This document shows positions 30,987-40,673 of a DNA stretch of 59,173 nucleotides, piece after piece (position 1 is the first letter of the stretch; every line of letters begins with the position of its first letter). The stretch lies in assembly GCA_964505305.1 (NCBI GenBank), contig CAZDHE010000002.1, positions 1-59,173 of the forward strand, in the 5' to 3' direction. The notes under the pieces were generated by a model. The model was not told the DNA's origin. It made no database searches and saw only the letters and a program-made list of their open reading frames with translations. The translations under genes and the position numbers were made by a program. Source of the stretch: an uncultured Bdellovibrionales bacterium. Its GTDB lineage: Bacteria > Patescibacteriota > Minisyncoccia > Moranbacterales > DUUL01.

Positions 30987-31700
30987 CTATCTCATTCTTA
31001 AATAATTATTCCAGTAATCATAAAGCTCGCCAGTGGAATAAACGTCTTGCAAATTATATTCGGCAATTTTCTTATATTCTTTCTTTTCAAATAAACTAGC
31101 CACCTCATTGCCGTCCACTCCATCCTCCTTAGGACTCTTGATTCCAAAAGCCCTACAGCATAAGTGCAAATTGGGCCGCTTGAAAACCGCTCCGTAAAAG
31201 ATTAACTGATCCATTAAGTCAACATGTTTTGCTCCGGCTGTTTGCAAATTTAAATATCTGTTGGACATTAAATCCTTGCTAGGTTTAATCTTGTAGATAG
31301 CCGAGCGAATCATCATAAAAGGAACATCAAACCCTTTGCCGTTAAAAGTAATAAATTCCTCCGCGTGCTGCGCCACATTCCAAAAGTTTTCCAAAATTTC
31401 TTTTTCCGTGCAAGGTTTGTATTTTATCCCGTCTTTTTCAGTCTCTTTTAATTTTTTACCGGGAGACTGAAAATAAACCGCTCCCTTTTGGGAATTATGC
31501 TCTATCATAGCAATAGAAACTATTTCCCCGGTAAAAGGGGAAAAGCCCAGCCCCTCCTTAATATCCTGAATAGCTTTTTCTTTCTCCTCCTTGCTTTTAG
31601 CGGTTTGCTCAACCCAGTTGGTTAAAACTTTTTGAGTAGTTTTATCCATTTTATCAAAATTTTCCCCTACCGTTTCAATATCAAAAACAATTTTCTTCAT
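30987..31700 (-). CDS. PolB-like 3'-5' exonuclease (RNase H-like, DEDD)
   Basis: VFDIET (ExoI), TFNGKGFDVPF (ExoII), HVDLMD, YNLQDV (ExoIII). Confidence 0.88.
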   Translation of the reverse strand: MKKIVFDIETVGENFDKMDKTTQKVLTNWVEQTAKSKEEKEKAIQDIKEGLGFSPFTGEIVSIAMIEHNSQKGAVYFQSPGKKLKETEKDGIKYKPCTEKEILENFWNVAQHAEEFITFNGKGFDVPFMMIRSAIYKIKPSKDLMSNRYLNLQTAGAKHVDLMDQLIFYGAVFKRPNLHLCCRAFGIKSPKEDGVDGNEVASLFEKKEYKKIAEYNLQDVYSTGELYDYWNNYLRMR

Positions 31701-31802
31701 AAATCTTTATTAAAAATTATCCTTGAAAAATCAATAAAACAGTGAAAATATTCTTGAGTCTTAAAACCATTACCATTAAGACCTCTCAGCAAATAAACTC
31801 AA

Positions 31803-33068
31803 CTATGCGTTAATGATAACATCTTTTTCCGGATATCTCATAATTTCTTTAACCGCTTTCTCCATTTTCATTCCTCTGGAGCCTTTTACAAGAACAAGAT
31901 CTCCCGCCTGAATAAAATCCTGAAGAAATCTTCCCGCTTTAAGAGAATTTTTAAAAAAAACGGTTCTCTCTTTCTGTTTTTTAGTTAAGGCCTCGGAAAA
32001 ATTCTTAAATCTCTCTCCTACCAACAAAACAGCATCCGGATCAACCTTAAAAGCTTCCTTTAAAACCTCCTGATGAGCATTTTCCTCTTCTTCTCCCAAT
32101 TCCAACATATCTCCCATAACCACAATTTTTCTCTGAGCTTCTAATTTGGCTAAAGTATTGAGCGCCGCTAATGTGCTTGCGGGGGCGCTATTGTAAGTAT
32201 CGTCTATAATCATTGTTGACTTTATCCCCTCTAAAAAACTCATCCTTCCCGGGCAAGGTCGAGTCTTTCTTAGCTCCTTAGTCATTTCTATTAAATTCAA
32301 ATCAAAATATAATCCCGCCGCCAGAGCTGCCAGCGCCGCATAAACACTTCCTTCTCCCACACAATAATCAAGCTTAACCGGAATAAGCCGCCCTTGATAA
32401 GTCAGTTTAAAACCTAATCCGTTTAACATTAATTCGTGTGTTTTTTTGTTTTCCTTGTAATCATAATGGACGTCCGAAGCTCTTAATTTGCATTCTTTGT
32501 CAAAACCATAACTTAATTGGTTAGCGCTCACCTTCTCGCTTACTTCTTTAACTTTTGGATTATCAGCGTTATAAACCGCCAAAGACTCCGGAGGCAAACT
32601 TCTAAGCAAAACGCCTTTTTCTTTGGCAATATTTTCCCTGCTCCCGAAATTTTCCAAATGAGAAATACCAACATCAGTTAGTATGCCCACGGAAATAGGC
32701 ACAAAATCGCATAAATAACTTATATCCCCGGGATGATCCGCTCCAAACTCCAACACCAATACTTCCGGATAGTTCTTACTGGTTAATAAACTAAAAAGCC
32801 AAGCCGAGCCAATTTTTCCCGCTTGTAAAATCTTTGACCTTTTCGGCTCTATCGATCCGCCGATAATTGTTAAAGGAACGCCTATTTCATTATTGTAATT
32901 TTTCTCGCTAAAGCGAACTTTCTTAAACTTTCCCAGCATCTTACCAACCATTTCTTTGGTAGTAGTTTTCCCCACACTTCCGGTAATAGCCACCACTTCC
33001 GGATTTCTTCTCTTAATGGTAGCTTTGGCCATCATTTTTAGAATTTTCTGAGCTAAGACTTTTTTCAT
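31803..33068 (-). CDS. murF: UDP-MurNAc-tripeptide:D-Ala-D-Ala ligase
   Basis: AITGSVGKTTTKE, NYNNEIGVP, DDTYNSAP, GDMLELG, LVKGSRG. Confidence 0.93.
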   Translation of the reverse strand: MKKVLAQKILKMMAKATIKRRNPEVVAITGSVGKTTTKEMVGKMLGKFKKVRFSEKNYNNEIGVPLTIIGGSIEPKRSKILQAGKIGSAWLFSLLTSKNYPEVLVLEFGADHPGDISYLCDFVPISVGILTDVGISHLENFGSRENIAKEKGVLLRSLPPESLAVYNADNPKVKEVSEKVSANQLSYGFDKECKLRASDVHYDYKENKKTHELMLNGLGFKLTYQGRLIPVKLDYCVGEGSVYAALAALAAGLYFDLNLIEMTKELRKTRPCPGRMSFLEGIKSTMIIDDTYNSAPASTLAALNTLAKLEAQRKIVVMGDMLELGEEEENAHQEVLKEAFKVDPDAVLLVGERFKNFSEALTKKQKERTVFFKNSLKAGRFLQDFIQAGDLVLVKGSRGMKMEKAVKEIMRYPEKDVIINA

Positions 33069-33085
33069 TCTAATTTACTAAAACA

Positions 33086-34981
33086 TTAATTAACCTCGTC
33101 CTCCTTGTCATCTTCGATTTCATCCTTTTCCTCTTCTTTTTTCTTTTCTTTAGAGAAAGATCTTAAATATTCATGCTTTTCATCAAACGTTTTTAAATCT
33201 TCCGAAGTAAAATCTTCAGTAGGTTCTATCCCGTAATAATCGAACATAAACTTGGCTAACTCGCCAAAAACAGGTCCGGCAGTGCTTTCAGCCCATTCCA
33301 CGTCTTTAGGATTATCAATTACCACCAGCATAGCAAAACGAGGATTATCAACGGGAGCAAATCCGGCAAAAGAGCCAACGGTAGCATCTTCTTCATATCC
33401 CCCCTTCTCCTTATCGGAAATCTGAGCAGTTCCCGTCTTACCGGCCACTCTGTACCCAGGCACTCCAGCAGTTGTTCCGTGGCCTTCTCTCACATTACTC
33501 TCCAGCATTAATCCAGTCTTATTAGCCGCGTCCCTGGAAATAACTTTTCTCTTAATATCTTTTTTCAATTCTTTTTTACTTCCATCGGGTTTAATTATAT
33601 AATCCACCGGCGAAGGTTTTATTAATTCTCCGCCGTTGGCAACCGCGGAATAGGCGCTCACTAACTGAAGAGGCGTGACTGTAATCCCCTGGCCAAAAGA
33701 AGCGGTGTAATAATCAATATCCCTATTATAATCCAGATTGGATAAATTGCCACCTATCTCTCCCGGCAGGTCAATTCCCGTAGGCTCTCCAAACCCAAAT
33801 CTTTTAACGTAATCATAGAATCTTTTATTTCCCAATTTTTTTTCTACATAAATTACCCCCGTATTGATGGAATTTTCTATAACTTGAGTCATCGTCTGTT
33901 CCCCATAAACCTTCTCCTCAGAATTTTTGATTGTATAACCGGCCTCTTTTACCCTTCCCGTATCAACATATGTTTCATCATATCCCACCTCTCCACTGTC
34001 AAGCCCGGCAGCCATAGTAAAAGTTTTAAAAACAGAACCGCACTCGTAAGTATCGGAAACCAAAGAATTTCTAAACACGGAAACTTTCTCTTCTTCAGAA
34101 TATTTATTTAGGTCAAAATCGGGAAATTGGGCCATGGAAAGAATTTTTCCCGAATGAGGCTCCATGATAATCACCCTCCCTCCGTCAGCGTCATGCTTTT
34201 CCACCGCCTTTTCAAGAACAGTTTCCACTTTATGCTGAATAGCATAATCAACAGATAAAACCAAATCACTTCCATCTTGAGAAGGTCTTAAAACCCTCTC
34301 TCCAATAGATATCCAATTATCGCTAATATCTTTTTCTTGGCGTAGGTAACCCGAAGAACCCTCCAATTCTTCCTGGAAAGCTTTTTCAATACCATAAATG
34401 CCAACTCTTGAATGATCTTTGTAACCCACAAAACCCACTAACTGGGAAGCCAAATCCCCTCCCGGATAATAACGCCAATCCTCCTCTTGAAGTTTAACCG
34501 CTTCGTGTTTTATCTCCTTGACTCCGGCAACTTCTTCTTCTGTTAATTTCCTCTTTAAGGGTTCGTACAAATCACCTTTTTTAAGAAGTTTTTTTATAAT
34601 ATCCTCCTTTTCCAAGTCAAGAGCCTCGGCTATTTTTTCAGCTAATTCCTCCTCTTCCCCTTCCTTGATCATATCCGGAATCGCATAAGCAGTCGGCATA
34701 TTCTTATTAACTGCTACGGGATATAAGCCTTCTTGATCCTTAATAAAAATTTCTCCCCGATCTGGCTCCAAATTCCTTTTGACCAAATATTGATTTTGAG
34801 CTTTTTCCTTGTAATGATCATAAGCTCTTATCTGGAGAGAGTAAAGCTGAAAAAAAACCACTCCCCCGCATAAAATAATCAACAAAGAGAGTAGTCTGAC
34901 ACGCTGAACAGAAAAATTATCTTCGGATTTTTTTCTATTATTATTTTTAATCATAATAATCTTTTGATTATTATTTCTCAA
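33086..34981 (-). CDS. ftsI: Class B penicillin-binding protein (FtsI/PBP2-type)
   Basis: N-terminal TM, RGEIF, REYYPG-like RYYPGG, ECGSVFK (SxxK), SIN, KTGTAQ; located in the mraZ-rsmH cluster. Confidence 0.85.
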   Translation of the reverse strand: MRNNNQKIIMIKNNNRKKSEDNFSVQRVRLLSLLIILCGGVVFFQLYSLQIRAYDHYKEKAQNQYLVKRNLEPDRGEIFIKDQEGLYPVAVNKNMPTAYAIPDMIKEGEEEELAEKIAEALDLEKEDIIKKLLKKGDLYEPLKRKLTEEEVAGVKEIKHEAVKLQEEDWRYYPGGDLASQLVGFVGYKDHSRVGIYGIEKAFQEELEGSSGYLRQEKDISDNWISIGERVLRPSQDGSDLVLSVDYAIQHKVETVLEKAVEKHDADGGRVIIMEPHSGKILSMAQFPDFDLNKYSEEEKVSVFRNSLVSDTYECGSVFKTFTMAAGLDSGEVGYDETYVDTGRVKEAGYTIKNSEEKVYGEQTMTQVIENSINTGVIYVEKKLGNKRFYDYVKRFGFGEPTGIDLPGEIGGNLSNLDYNRDIDYYTASFGQGITVTPLQLVSAYSAVANGGELIKPSPVDYIIKPDGSKKELKKDIKRKVISRDAANKTGLMLESNVREGHGTTAGVPGYRVAGKTGTAQISDKEKGGYEEDATVGSFAGFAPVDNPRFAMLVVIDNPKDVEWAESTAGPVFGELAKFMFDYYGIEPTEDFTSEDLKTFDEKHEYLRSFSKEKKKEEEKDEIEDDKEDEVN

Positions 34982-35197
34982 ACACCCCCTGTTGCAATTT
35001 GCCCTAAAGGTTTAATTCTAATCCTACCCTCCGGAACTGTTTCCAAACACTATTTAGTTACGAAGTTTCTAATTTTTTAGATAAATTTTTCAAACAATTT
35101 TTGGAAAATTTAGCAAAAAAGTGGGAATTAAAGTGGGAACAGTGTTTGGAAACAGTCCCCTCTAAGTTTTAATTACTGATTTAGATTTCTCATTCCT

Positions 35198-35638
35198 TTA
35201 TTTCATTGCCACCGCGTTTTGATCATCAATTTCTACATAACCCACTTTTTCCGGAGTAACCATATGAGCAAATTCCTCTTCCTTATTAAATCGATAAACA
35301 GACCCCGTACCGGCCAACTTTATTTCAAGTTCTCGTTTTTGCTCCTTTAACTTATCCAATTTTTCCTGCTTCTCGCTTACATCATAACCCATAGTAGCCA
35401 GTTTATTAACCTGAAAAAGATAAACTGCTCCCGCCAAAAACAGCAAAAAAAGCAAGGAAAATCCGACAAAAGAGGCAGTCAAAGCAAACCCGCTTTGAGA
35501 TTTCTTTTTAACTTTATTTGACTTGCGACTGCAAAAACTATTGCAATCTTTGATGCTTAATGATTTGGCCATTTTTTTAAACCCCCTCCTTATTATTTTA
35601 AAAATTACTACAAAAAAACTTTTTTCAATAAAAAACAA
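35198..35638 (-). CDS. FtsL-like bitopic coiled-coil protein (start probably 35572)
   Basis: Single TM followed by a coiled coil, placed between rsmH and the class B PBP. Confidence 0.65.
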   Translation of the reverse strand: MFFIEKSFFVVIFKIIRRGFKKMAKSLSIKDCNSFCSRKSNKVKKKSQSGFALTASFVGFSLLFLLFLAGAVYLFQVNKLATMGYDVSEKQEKLDKLKEQKRELEIKLAGTGSVYRFNKEEEFAHMVTPEKVGYVEIDDQNAVAMK

Positions 35639-35644
35639 ATTCGC

Positions 35645-36577
35645 TTAAATTTTCTCCGCTATTCTCAACTTGGCGCTTCTTGCTCTGGCATTTTGTTGCA
35701 ATTCCCCCTCACCCGGCACAATCGGCTTCCGAGTAATAACTTTCAATTTCGGCCTTTTTCCGCAAACACAAATCGGGAATTCTTTGGGGCAAATACATCC
35801 CCCCGCATTTACCCTGAAAAAATTCTTTACTTTTCTGTCTTCCAAAGAATGAAAACTGATTATCGCTAATCTTCCCCCGGGATCAAGCAGATCAATGCTT
35901 TTCTGTAAAAAAACCTCTAAATCGGCAAGTTCGTTATTAACAACGATTCTAAGAGCTTGAAAAATCTTGGTAGCCGGATGAATTCTGGATTTTCGGTAAA
36001 ACTTACCAAGACTTTTTTTGACAATTTCCGCCAACTGCACCGTGGTTTGAATCTGAGCTTCTTCTCTTGCTTTCTCTATGGATTCAGCCGCCATCTTGGC
36101 ATATTTCTCTTCCCCGTATTGCTTAAAAATATCCGCCAGTCTTTCCTTGCTCCAATGGTTAACTATTTCCTCGGCAGTAAGCTTTCCTTCTCTTCCCAAT
36201 CTCATGTCCAGCTTGGAATCCCTCTGAAAACTCATTCCATAAACAGGATTTTCGACTTGTTCCGATCTCCAACCCAGATCCGCCAAAATAGCATCTGCCG
36301 CTTTTATTTCGTTTTCCTGTAAAATCTTATCTATTTCCGAAAAATTTCTATTTTTCAAAAAAACTTGCGGTTTATTTTCCAACACCTCCACACGCTCCTG
36401 AAATTTTTTTATCACTTCAGCGTCAACGTCAATTCCGACAAAAACCCCTTTCTCACCTATTTTATTTATTATTTCCAAGCCATGGCCGCCTTCTCCCAAA
36501 GTCGCGTCCACCGCCGTCATTCCTTTTTGAAGCTCCAGCCCCTCCACCGCCTCTTTCAATAAAACCGCTTTGTGCAT
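35645..36577 (-). CDS. rsmH: 16S rRNA m4C1402 methyltransferase
   Basis: DATLGEGGHG, LDMRL, IHPATKIFQALRIVVN, ISFHSLEDRKVK, ARSAKLR. Confidence 0.97.
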   Translation of the reverse strand: MHKAVLLKEAVEGLELQKGMTAVDATLGEGGHGLEIINKIGEKGVFVGIDVDAEVIKKFQERVEVLENKPQVFLKNRNFSEIDKILQENEIKAADAILADLGWRSEQVENPVYGMSFQRDSKLDMRLGREGKLTAEEIVNHWSKERLADIFKQYGEEKYAKMAAESIEKAREEAQIQTTVQLAEIVKKSLGKFYRKSRIHPATKIFQALRIVVNNELADLEVFLQKSIDLLDPGGRLAIISFHSLEDRKVKNFFRVNAGGCICPKEFPICVCGKRPKLKVITRKPIVPGEGELQQNARARSAKLRIAEKI

Positions 36578-36665
36578 ATTATAAAAAACTTTATTTTTTC
36601 AATTAAATCCTTACCTGAAAATTTACCTATGAATCAACAATAACAATCAATTCCTCAAAAAAGAT

Positions 36666-37100
36666 TTAATAAATTCCAAGTTTACCCAATTCTTCGGCAA
36701 TTTTATCCTGATTCTTCTCTGCATTTTCTTTGTATTTTTCCCAAGCCGTTTTATCCCAAATTTCCAATCTATTAAAAAGCCCTGCCACAATAACCTCCTT
36801 GCCTAAACCGGCATAATCTTTTAAATAATCGGGAACTAAAATTCTTCCCTGAGAGTCAAGCTCCACATCCACCGCTCCGGCCAGCATCAATCGCACAAAA
36901 CTTCGAGTGGAACTCTCACCTACCGGCATATTTCCCAATTTCTCAGCAATTTTTTTCCACTCCTGCATCGAATAAACAAACAAGCAATTATCCAGACCCC
37001 GAGTGATGACAGCCTTATTTTTAAAACTACTTCTAAATTTAGAAGGCAAAGCCAATCTTTTTTTGGTATCTATAGTATGCTTATATTCACCGATAAACAT
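36666..37100 (-). CDS. mraZ: Division/cell wall cluster regulator MraZ
   Basis: GEYKHTIDTKKRLALPSKFR, TRGLDNCL, ELDSQGRILVP, GLFNRLEIW. Confidence 0.97.
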   Translation of the reverse strand: MFIGEYKHTIDTKKRLALPSKFRSSFKNKAVITRGLDNCLFVYSMQEWKKIAEKLGNMPVGESSTRSFVRLMLAGAVDVELDSQGRILVPDYLKDYAGLGKEVIVAGLFNRLEIWDKTAWEKYKENAEKNQDKIAEELGKLGIY

Positions 37101-37108
37101 GGTTTTGG

Positions 37109-37175
37109 CTTATTAGCTGATTAGCTGATTAGCTGATTAGCTTGTATCTTGTAGCTTATTGGCTGATTAGCTGGT
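37109..37175. repeat. AGCT-core 8-bp tandem repeat in mraZ leader
   Basis: ttagctgattagctgattagctgattagcttgtatcttgtagcttattggctgattagctgg. Confidence 0.8.
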
Positions 37176-37233
37176 AGAGACAACCTCTTGCAGAATGGAA
37201 ATTTATCGCCAACCAAAGACTAATCAGCTAAAT

Positions 37234-37260
37234 TTTCCCCACTTTTCACCACTTACCAAC
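37234..37260 (-). promoter_or_regulatory. Candidate MraZ operator (GTGG repeats at 10-bp period)
   Basis: Minus strand gttggtaagtggtgaaaagtgggg directly downstream of the -10 box; MraZ is known to bind periodic GTGGG-like boxes upstream of its own gene. Confidence 0.6.
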
Positions 37261-37289
37261 ATTATATTCCACCAAGCTCCCCTTGTCAA
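37261..37289 (-). promoter_or_regulatory. Consensus sigma-70 promoter of the mraZ operon
   Basis: Minus strand TTGACA-17 nt-TATAAT (ttgaca aggggagcttggtggaa tataat). Confidence 0.85.
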
Positions 37290-37346
37290 ACATTTCCAAC
37301 CCTTTTTAGAATATCAAAAAAACGGCTTAAATAAGCCGTTTTAAAA
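37268..37346. repeat. 79-bp direct repeat copy A (terminator + -35 region), partner at 38420-38498
   Basis: 73/79 identical by manual alignment. Confidence 0.9.
37319..37342 (-). terminator. Intrinsic terminator hairpin
   Basis: aaaacggctta-aa-taagccgtttt perfect stem with T/A tails. Confidence 0.65.
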
Positions 37347-37576
37347 ATATTTACTTGATTTATCCACAACCTTTCCACAGGTTTAAATTTCGAGTTTTAA
37401 CTAAAGCTATCCCCACCAAAAACAAATGAAGAGATTTTTACTGAAAATTATCTCAAATTAGACGGGTTGATTTCTTTAAGGAAAAAAATTCTTATCGTAC
37501 TCCTTTGTGTATGAAAGGAATTTGTTAGATGTTTCTTTATTTAAATATAGACAAAATTAAAATATTTTTTAATATG

Positions 37577-38251
37577 TTAAAGTTTTTCAACTTTTACTCC
37601 TGTAAACCTGCTTGGATCTTGGATAGATTTAATGAAGCCTGCATCGTATTTATTACTACTTAAATCAATATTACTAGCTTTTAATAATTCTTCTTTCTCC
37701 TCATCCGTCACCCATGTTTCTTCAAGAGGAATATTTTTTCTGGCCTTTGAAAAGAATATTTCCACCACTTCTCCATTATTTGTATTATATTCCACAGATA
37801 TTCCGTACCCATCTTTTTCAAAACGTTTTGTCCAAGTATCCGCCGAGTTCCCCTCAATTGCAGTCTCTGTTGGTTCGGGGTTATCATTAGTTGGCTCTCC
37901 ATACTGTTTAGTAAAATAAGAAATTTTTTTGTTTAATAGACTAGGCACATCAAAAACGATACTCTCTTCATTTTCTTCCCTGACAACCTTTTTATTGTCC
38001 TCCTGAACTTTTTCTACATTAATCTCCTCCTCAAATGAAGAATTAATAGCAAAAAGTAAAACCAATATGATTAAAGTTGATATAATTTTTATTGAATTAT
38101 TCCACTCTGTTTTCGCCCATATATACCAAATTAGAAAAAGGGGTAACAACAATATTACTAAAACCAAACCCCAACCAGAAGCATACCACTCTTTTTGTTT
38201 TTCACTCTTTTGATTTAACTCATTGTTTTTTTTATTGTTTGGTTTTTCCAT
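37577..38251 (-). CDS. Membrane-anchored protein, N-terminal paralog of 41461-42297
   Basis: KEWYASGWGLVLVILLLPLFLIWYIWAKTEWN versus KEWYQTGWGIVIAILFLPYFLVWYMWVKTNWN; C-terminal domains differ. Confidence 0.8.
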   Translation of the reverse strand: MEKPNNKKNNELNQKSEKQKEWYASGWGLVLVILLLPLFLIWYIWAKTEWNNSIKIISTLIILVLLFAINSSFEEEINVEKVQEDNKKVVREENEESIVFDVPSLLNKKISYFTKQYGEPTNDNPEPTETAIEGNSADTWTKRFEKDGYGISVEYNTNNGEVVEIFFSKARKNIPLEETWVTDEEKEELLKASNIDLSSNKYDAGFIKSIQDPSRFTGVKVEKL

Positions 38252-38419
38252 AATGCAAATTAATGATAATTTATTATAATTTTAAAAAAATACTAGACTA
38301 TTCGAAAATAAACATTATTTAACGAAACACCTTTCTGTCACCATTTGCAAAAACATTTAGAAAAAATGTCTATCATAAAAGTTGAATTCGCCATTTTTTT
38401 CTTCCTAATTTTAGGATAC

Positions 38420-38498
38420 TCCACCAAGCTCTCCTTGTCAAACATTTCCAACCCTTTTTAGAATATCTAAAAAACAGCTTAAAAAAGAAGTTTTAAAA
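38420..38498. repeat. 79-bp direct repeat copy B, abutting the tRNA-His 3' fragment
   Basis: tccaccaagctctccttgtcaaacatttccaaccctttttagaatatc...; terminator stem mutated; TTGACA-17-TATCCT retained on the minus strand. Confidence 0.9.
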
Positions 38499-40096
38499 TG
38501 GGCGACTAGAGGGGCTTGAACGATGACTTTCCTGTGAGCAGAGAATAAATCCTTAAAATCATCTCTTGGTTCAACGGCTACAACTTTCTTATTTTTTACC
38601 CAAATTCTTTTTATTGTCATTCTTATCCAGTCCCTTTTCTCTTCCTTAGAAAGTTCTTCTCTCCAGAATTTACCAAATTCTTTTAAAAATTTTTCGGTCT
38701 TTTTAATTCTTTGTTCTTGTTCTCTGGCAGTCATACTGCCTGTAACGCCTTTTCTTTCAAAGGATTCTATCTCTTCTTTTGCTTTTTGCATTTTATAAAG
38801 ATATTCGTTTTCTGGTATATGGCCATTTTCAAACATTACTTTCAATCTTTTTTTTCGAGATAAAATATTATGAATCTCTTCATCTGTTTTTTGATTTTTT
38901 GCGTTTTTCTTAAAAAGCTCTCTAAGACTTTCCAGTGTTAATTTTATAACATCCTCTGGCAATTTCATGCCACTCATAAACTGAAAAATTTGTTTATCAA
39001 TAATTTCGCATTCCACCTTAGGTTGCTTACAACTTTTATTCTCTTTCGCAAATTTGCAGGTATAAAAATAATTTTCTTTTCCCGTTTTATTGTTTCTGTG
39101 ATATTCACAATACATTGAGGGATGCATTCTTCTTAAACTACTCTTCTCGTTTCCTTTTAAATGTTTTATGCAATTATAACAATAAACTAAGCCTTGAAGA
39201 AGATAAAAACGATGTTTGGCAACTGGTCTCCCAAACTTTCCCTTTCTCTCCGCTAAAACATCTTGACATTTATCAAAAAGCTTTTTTGAAATGATTGGCT
39301 TATGAACAGTGCTCTTGATATCTGGCAATGGTTTCCTGGGAGACCAAACTAACCCTAGATAAGATTTATTTGGAATAATACATTTGACTGATGAGAAGGT
39401 GAAAGGATTTCCCATTCTTGTTTTATACCCTTCTTTCGTTAATATTTCAGCTATTTTTTGGATAGAGTAATTGCCGGAAGCATACATCTTAAAAATTCTT
39501 CTCACTATCTCTGCTTCCTTTTTATCTATGTGCCATTCTTTTGAATACAAGGGGCGATTTCTTTCATTATCCCACCCAAGCTTTTTTCTTTTATAACCAA
39601 GTGGCAAATTTCCCCCTATTGGTTTCCCTGAGCTTCTTTTTTGCATTAAAGCGCTTTTCACCCAAAAACCAAGCTGTCTTGAATAATATTCATCAAATAA
39701 TTCATTTATTCCCTCATTAAGGAAAGCGGACGGATCATTGAAATCTCCAAAATTCTGAGTTGTTGAAATCACATCAATTCCCTGTTTTTTTCTCAGTAAA
39801 TTTTTGTATTGCCTGGCCTCCTCGACATTTCTTGCAAATCTGGAAGTGTGAAAAACAATAATAACCTCAAACTTTTTTTGCATCGCATCTTCAATCATTA
39901 CCTGAAAATTGTCTCTTTTTGAGGCTATTTTTCCAGAAATTAGGTCTTTGTATATATGCTGGATTTCTATATTGTTTTTCTTGGCATATTCCCTTATTGC
40001 CCTTTCTTGGGCTTGAGGAGAAAACCCCTTGTCTTGCTATTCCGTGCTTTCTCTTATATAGCCAACGCCAATATTTTTTATCTTTTCATCTTTCAT
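38438..40096 (-). pseudogene. Large serine recombinase interrupted by in-frame TAG at codon 20 (40037-40039)
   Basis: MKDEKIKNIGVGYIRESTE*QDKGFSPQAQERAI... continues in frame into ORF 38438-39898 (VFHTSRFARN, GGNLPLGY recombinase domain, LLQGLVYCYNC zinc ribbon, coiled coil). Confidence 0.88.
38501..38513 (-). pseudogene. 3' fragment of host tRNA-His (T-stem 3' strand + acceptor + C73), left junction
   Basis: Minus strand CCCTC-TAGTCGC-C pairs exactly with GAGGG and GGCGACTA of the 5' fragment at 47197-47258. Confidence 0.88.
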
Positions 40097-40221
40097 TTTG
40101 AGGATTTATTAAATAGACTATCTTAATGAAAAAATTTTTAATTAAGATGTGAAGTGTGAAATTCATCAAAAAATCAATAAACATCGCCCTTTGGGGTGAT
40201 TAATCTTGTTTTATTGCTTTA

Positions 40222-40647
40222 TTATAAACCAAGAATCGATTTTTTCTTGGCCTGGAATTCTTCTTCGCTGATAATTTCTTGATCTCTTAGGTCAGCTAGT
40301 TTTTTAATCTCATCAGCGTAATTATTTGTAGATTGTGGTTTTGTTTCATTCGCAACATCTGCTATTTTTTGATCAATTAATTCCTTGGCTTTATCTGCCT
40401 CTTTTTTATTAACAGCTTTAATAATTAAATTTCCGCTTCCTCCCTTATTAACTATTTCAATATCAGCAGTTAAGAAACCTCTTGTAATATTTATTTGAGC
40501 GATATTTTGGTAAAGTAGGTGCATTTTTACCCTTTTCCCTACAACCAATCCTTCTCCATAAACCCCATCCTCCAAAACTTGTAATTCTTGCTTCCAAGTG
40601 TTTGATAATAGTTTACTTCCTTTTACTGTCATTAAAATCTTTGCCAT
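40222..40647 (-). CDS. PH-like domain + C-terminal SHOCT domain protein
   Basis: C-terminal ADEIKKLADLRDQEIISEEEFQAKKKSIL is a SHOCT-type motif. Confidence 0.8.
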   Translation of the reverse strand: MAKILMTVKGSKLLSNTWKQELQVLEDGVYGEGLVVGKRVKMHLLYQNIAQINITRGFLTADIEIVNKGGSGNLIIKAVNKKEADKAKELIDQKIADVANETKPQSTNNYADEIKKLADLRDQEIISEEEFQAKKKSILGL

Positions 40648-40673
40648 ATTTTTTATTAATTGTTAATTTAAAA

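Noticed and set aside
35121-35137. Second MraZ box (gtggg x2)
   Set aside because: 12-bp spacing rather than 10, and only two copies; too weak.
38516-38521. ttgaac (shared by both junctions) as the crossover core
   Set aside because: It also yields a foldable tRNA, but the attP inverted arms are centred on the ggg run, and that crossover restores the TTCAATT loop seen in the intact copy.
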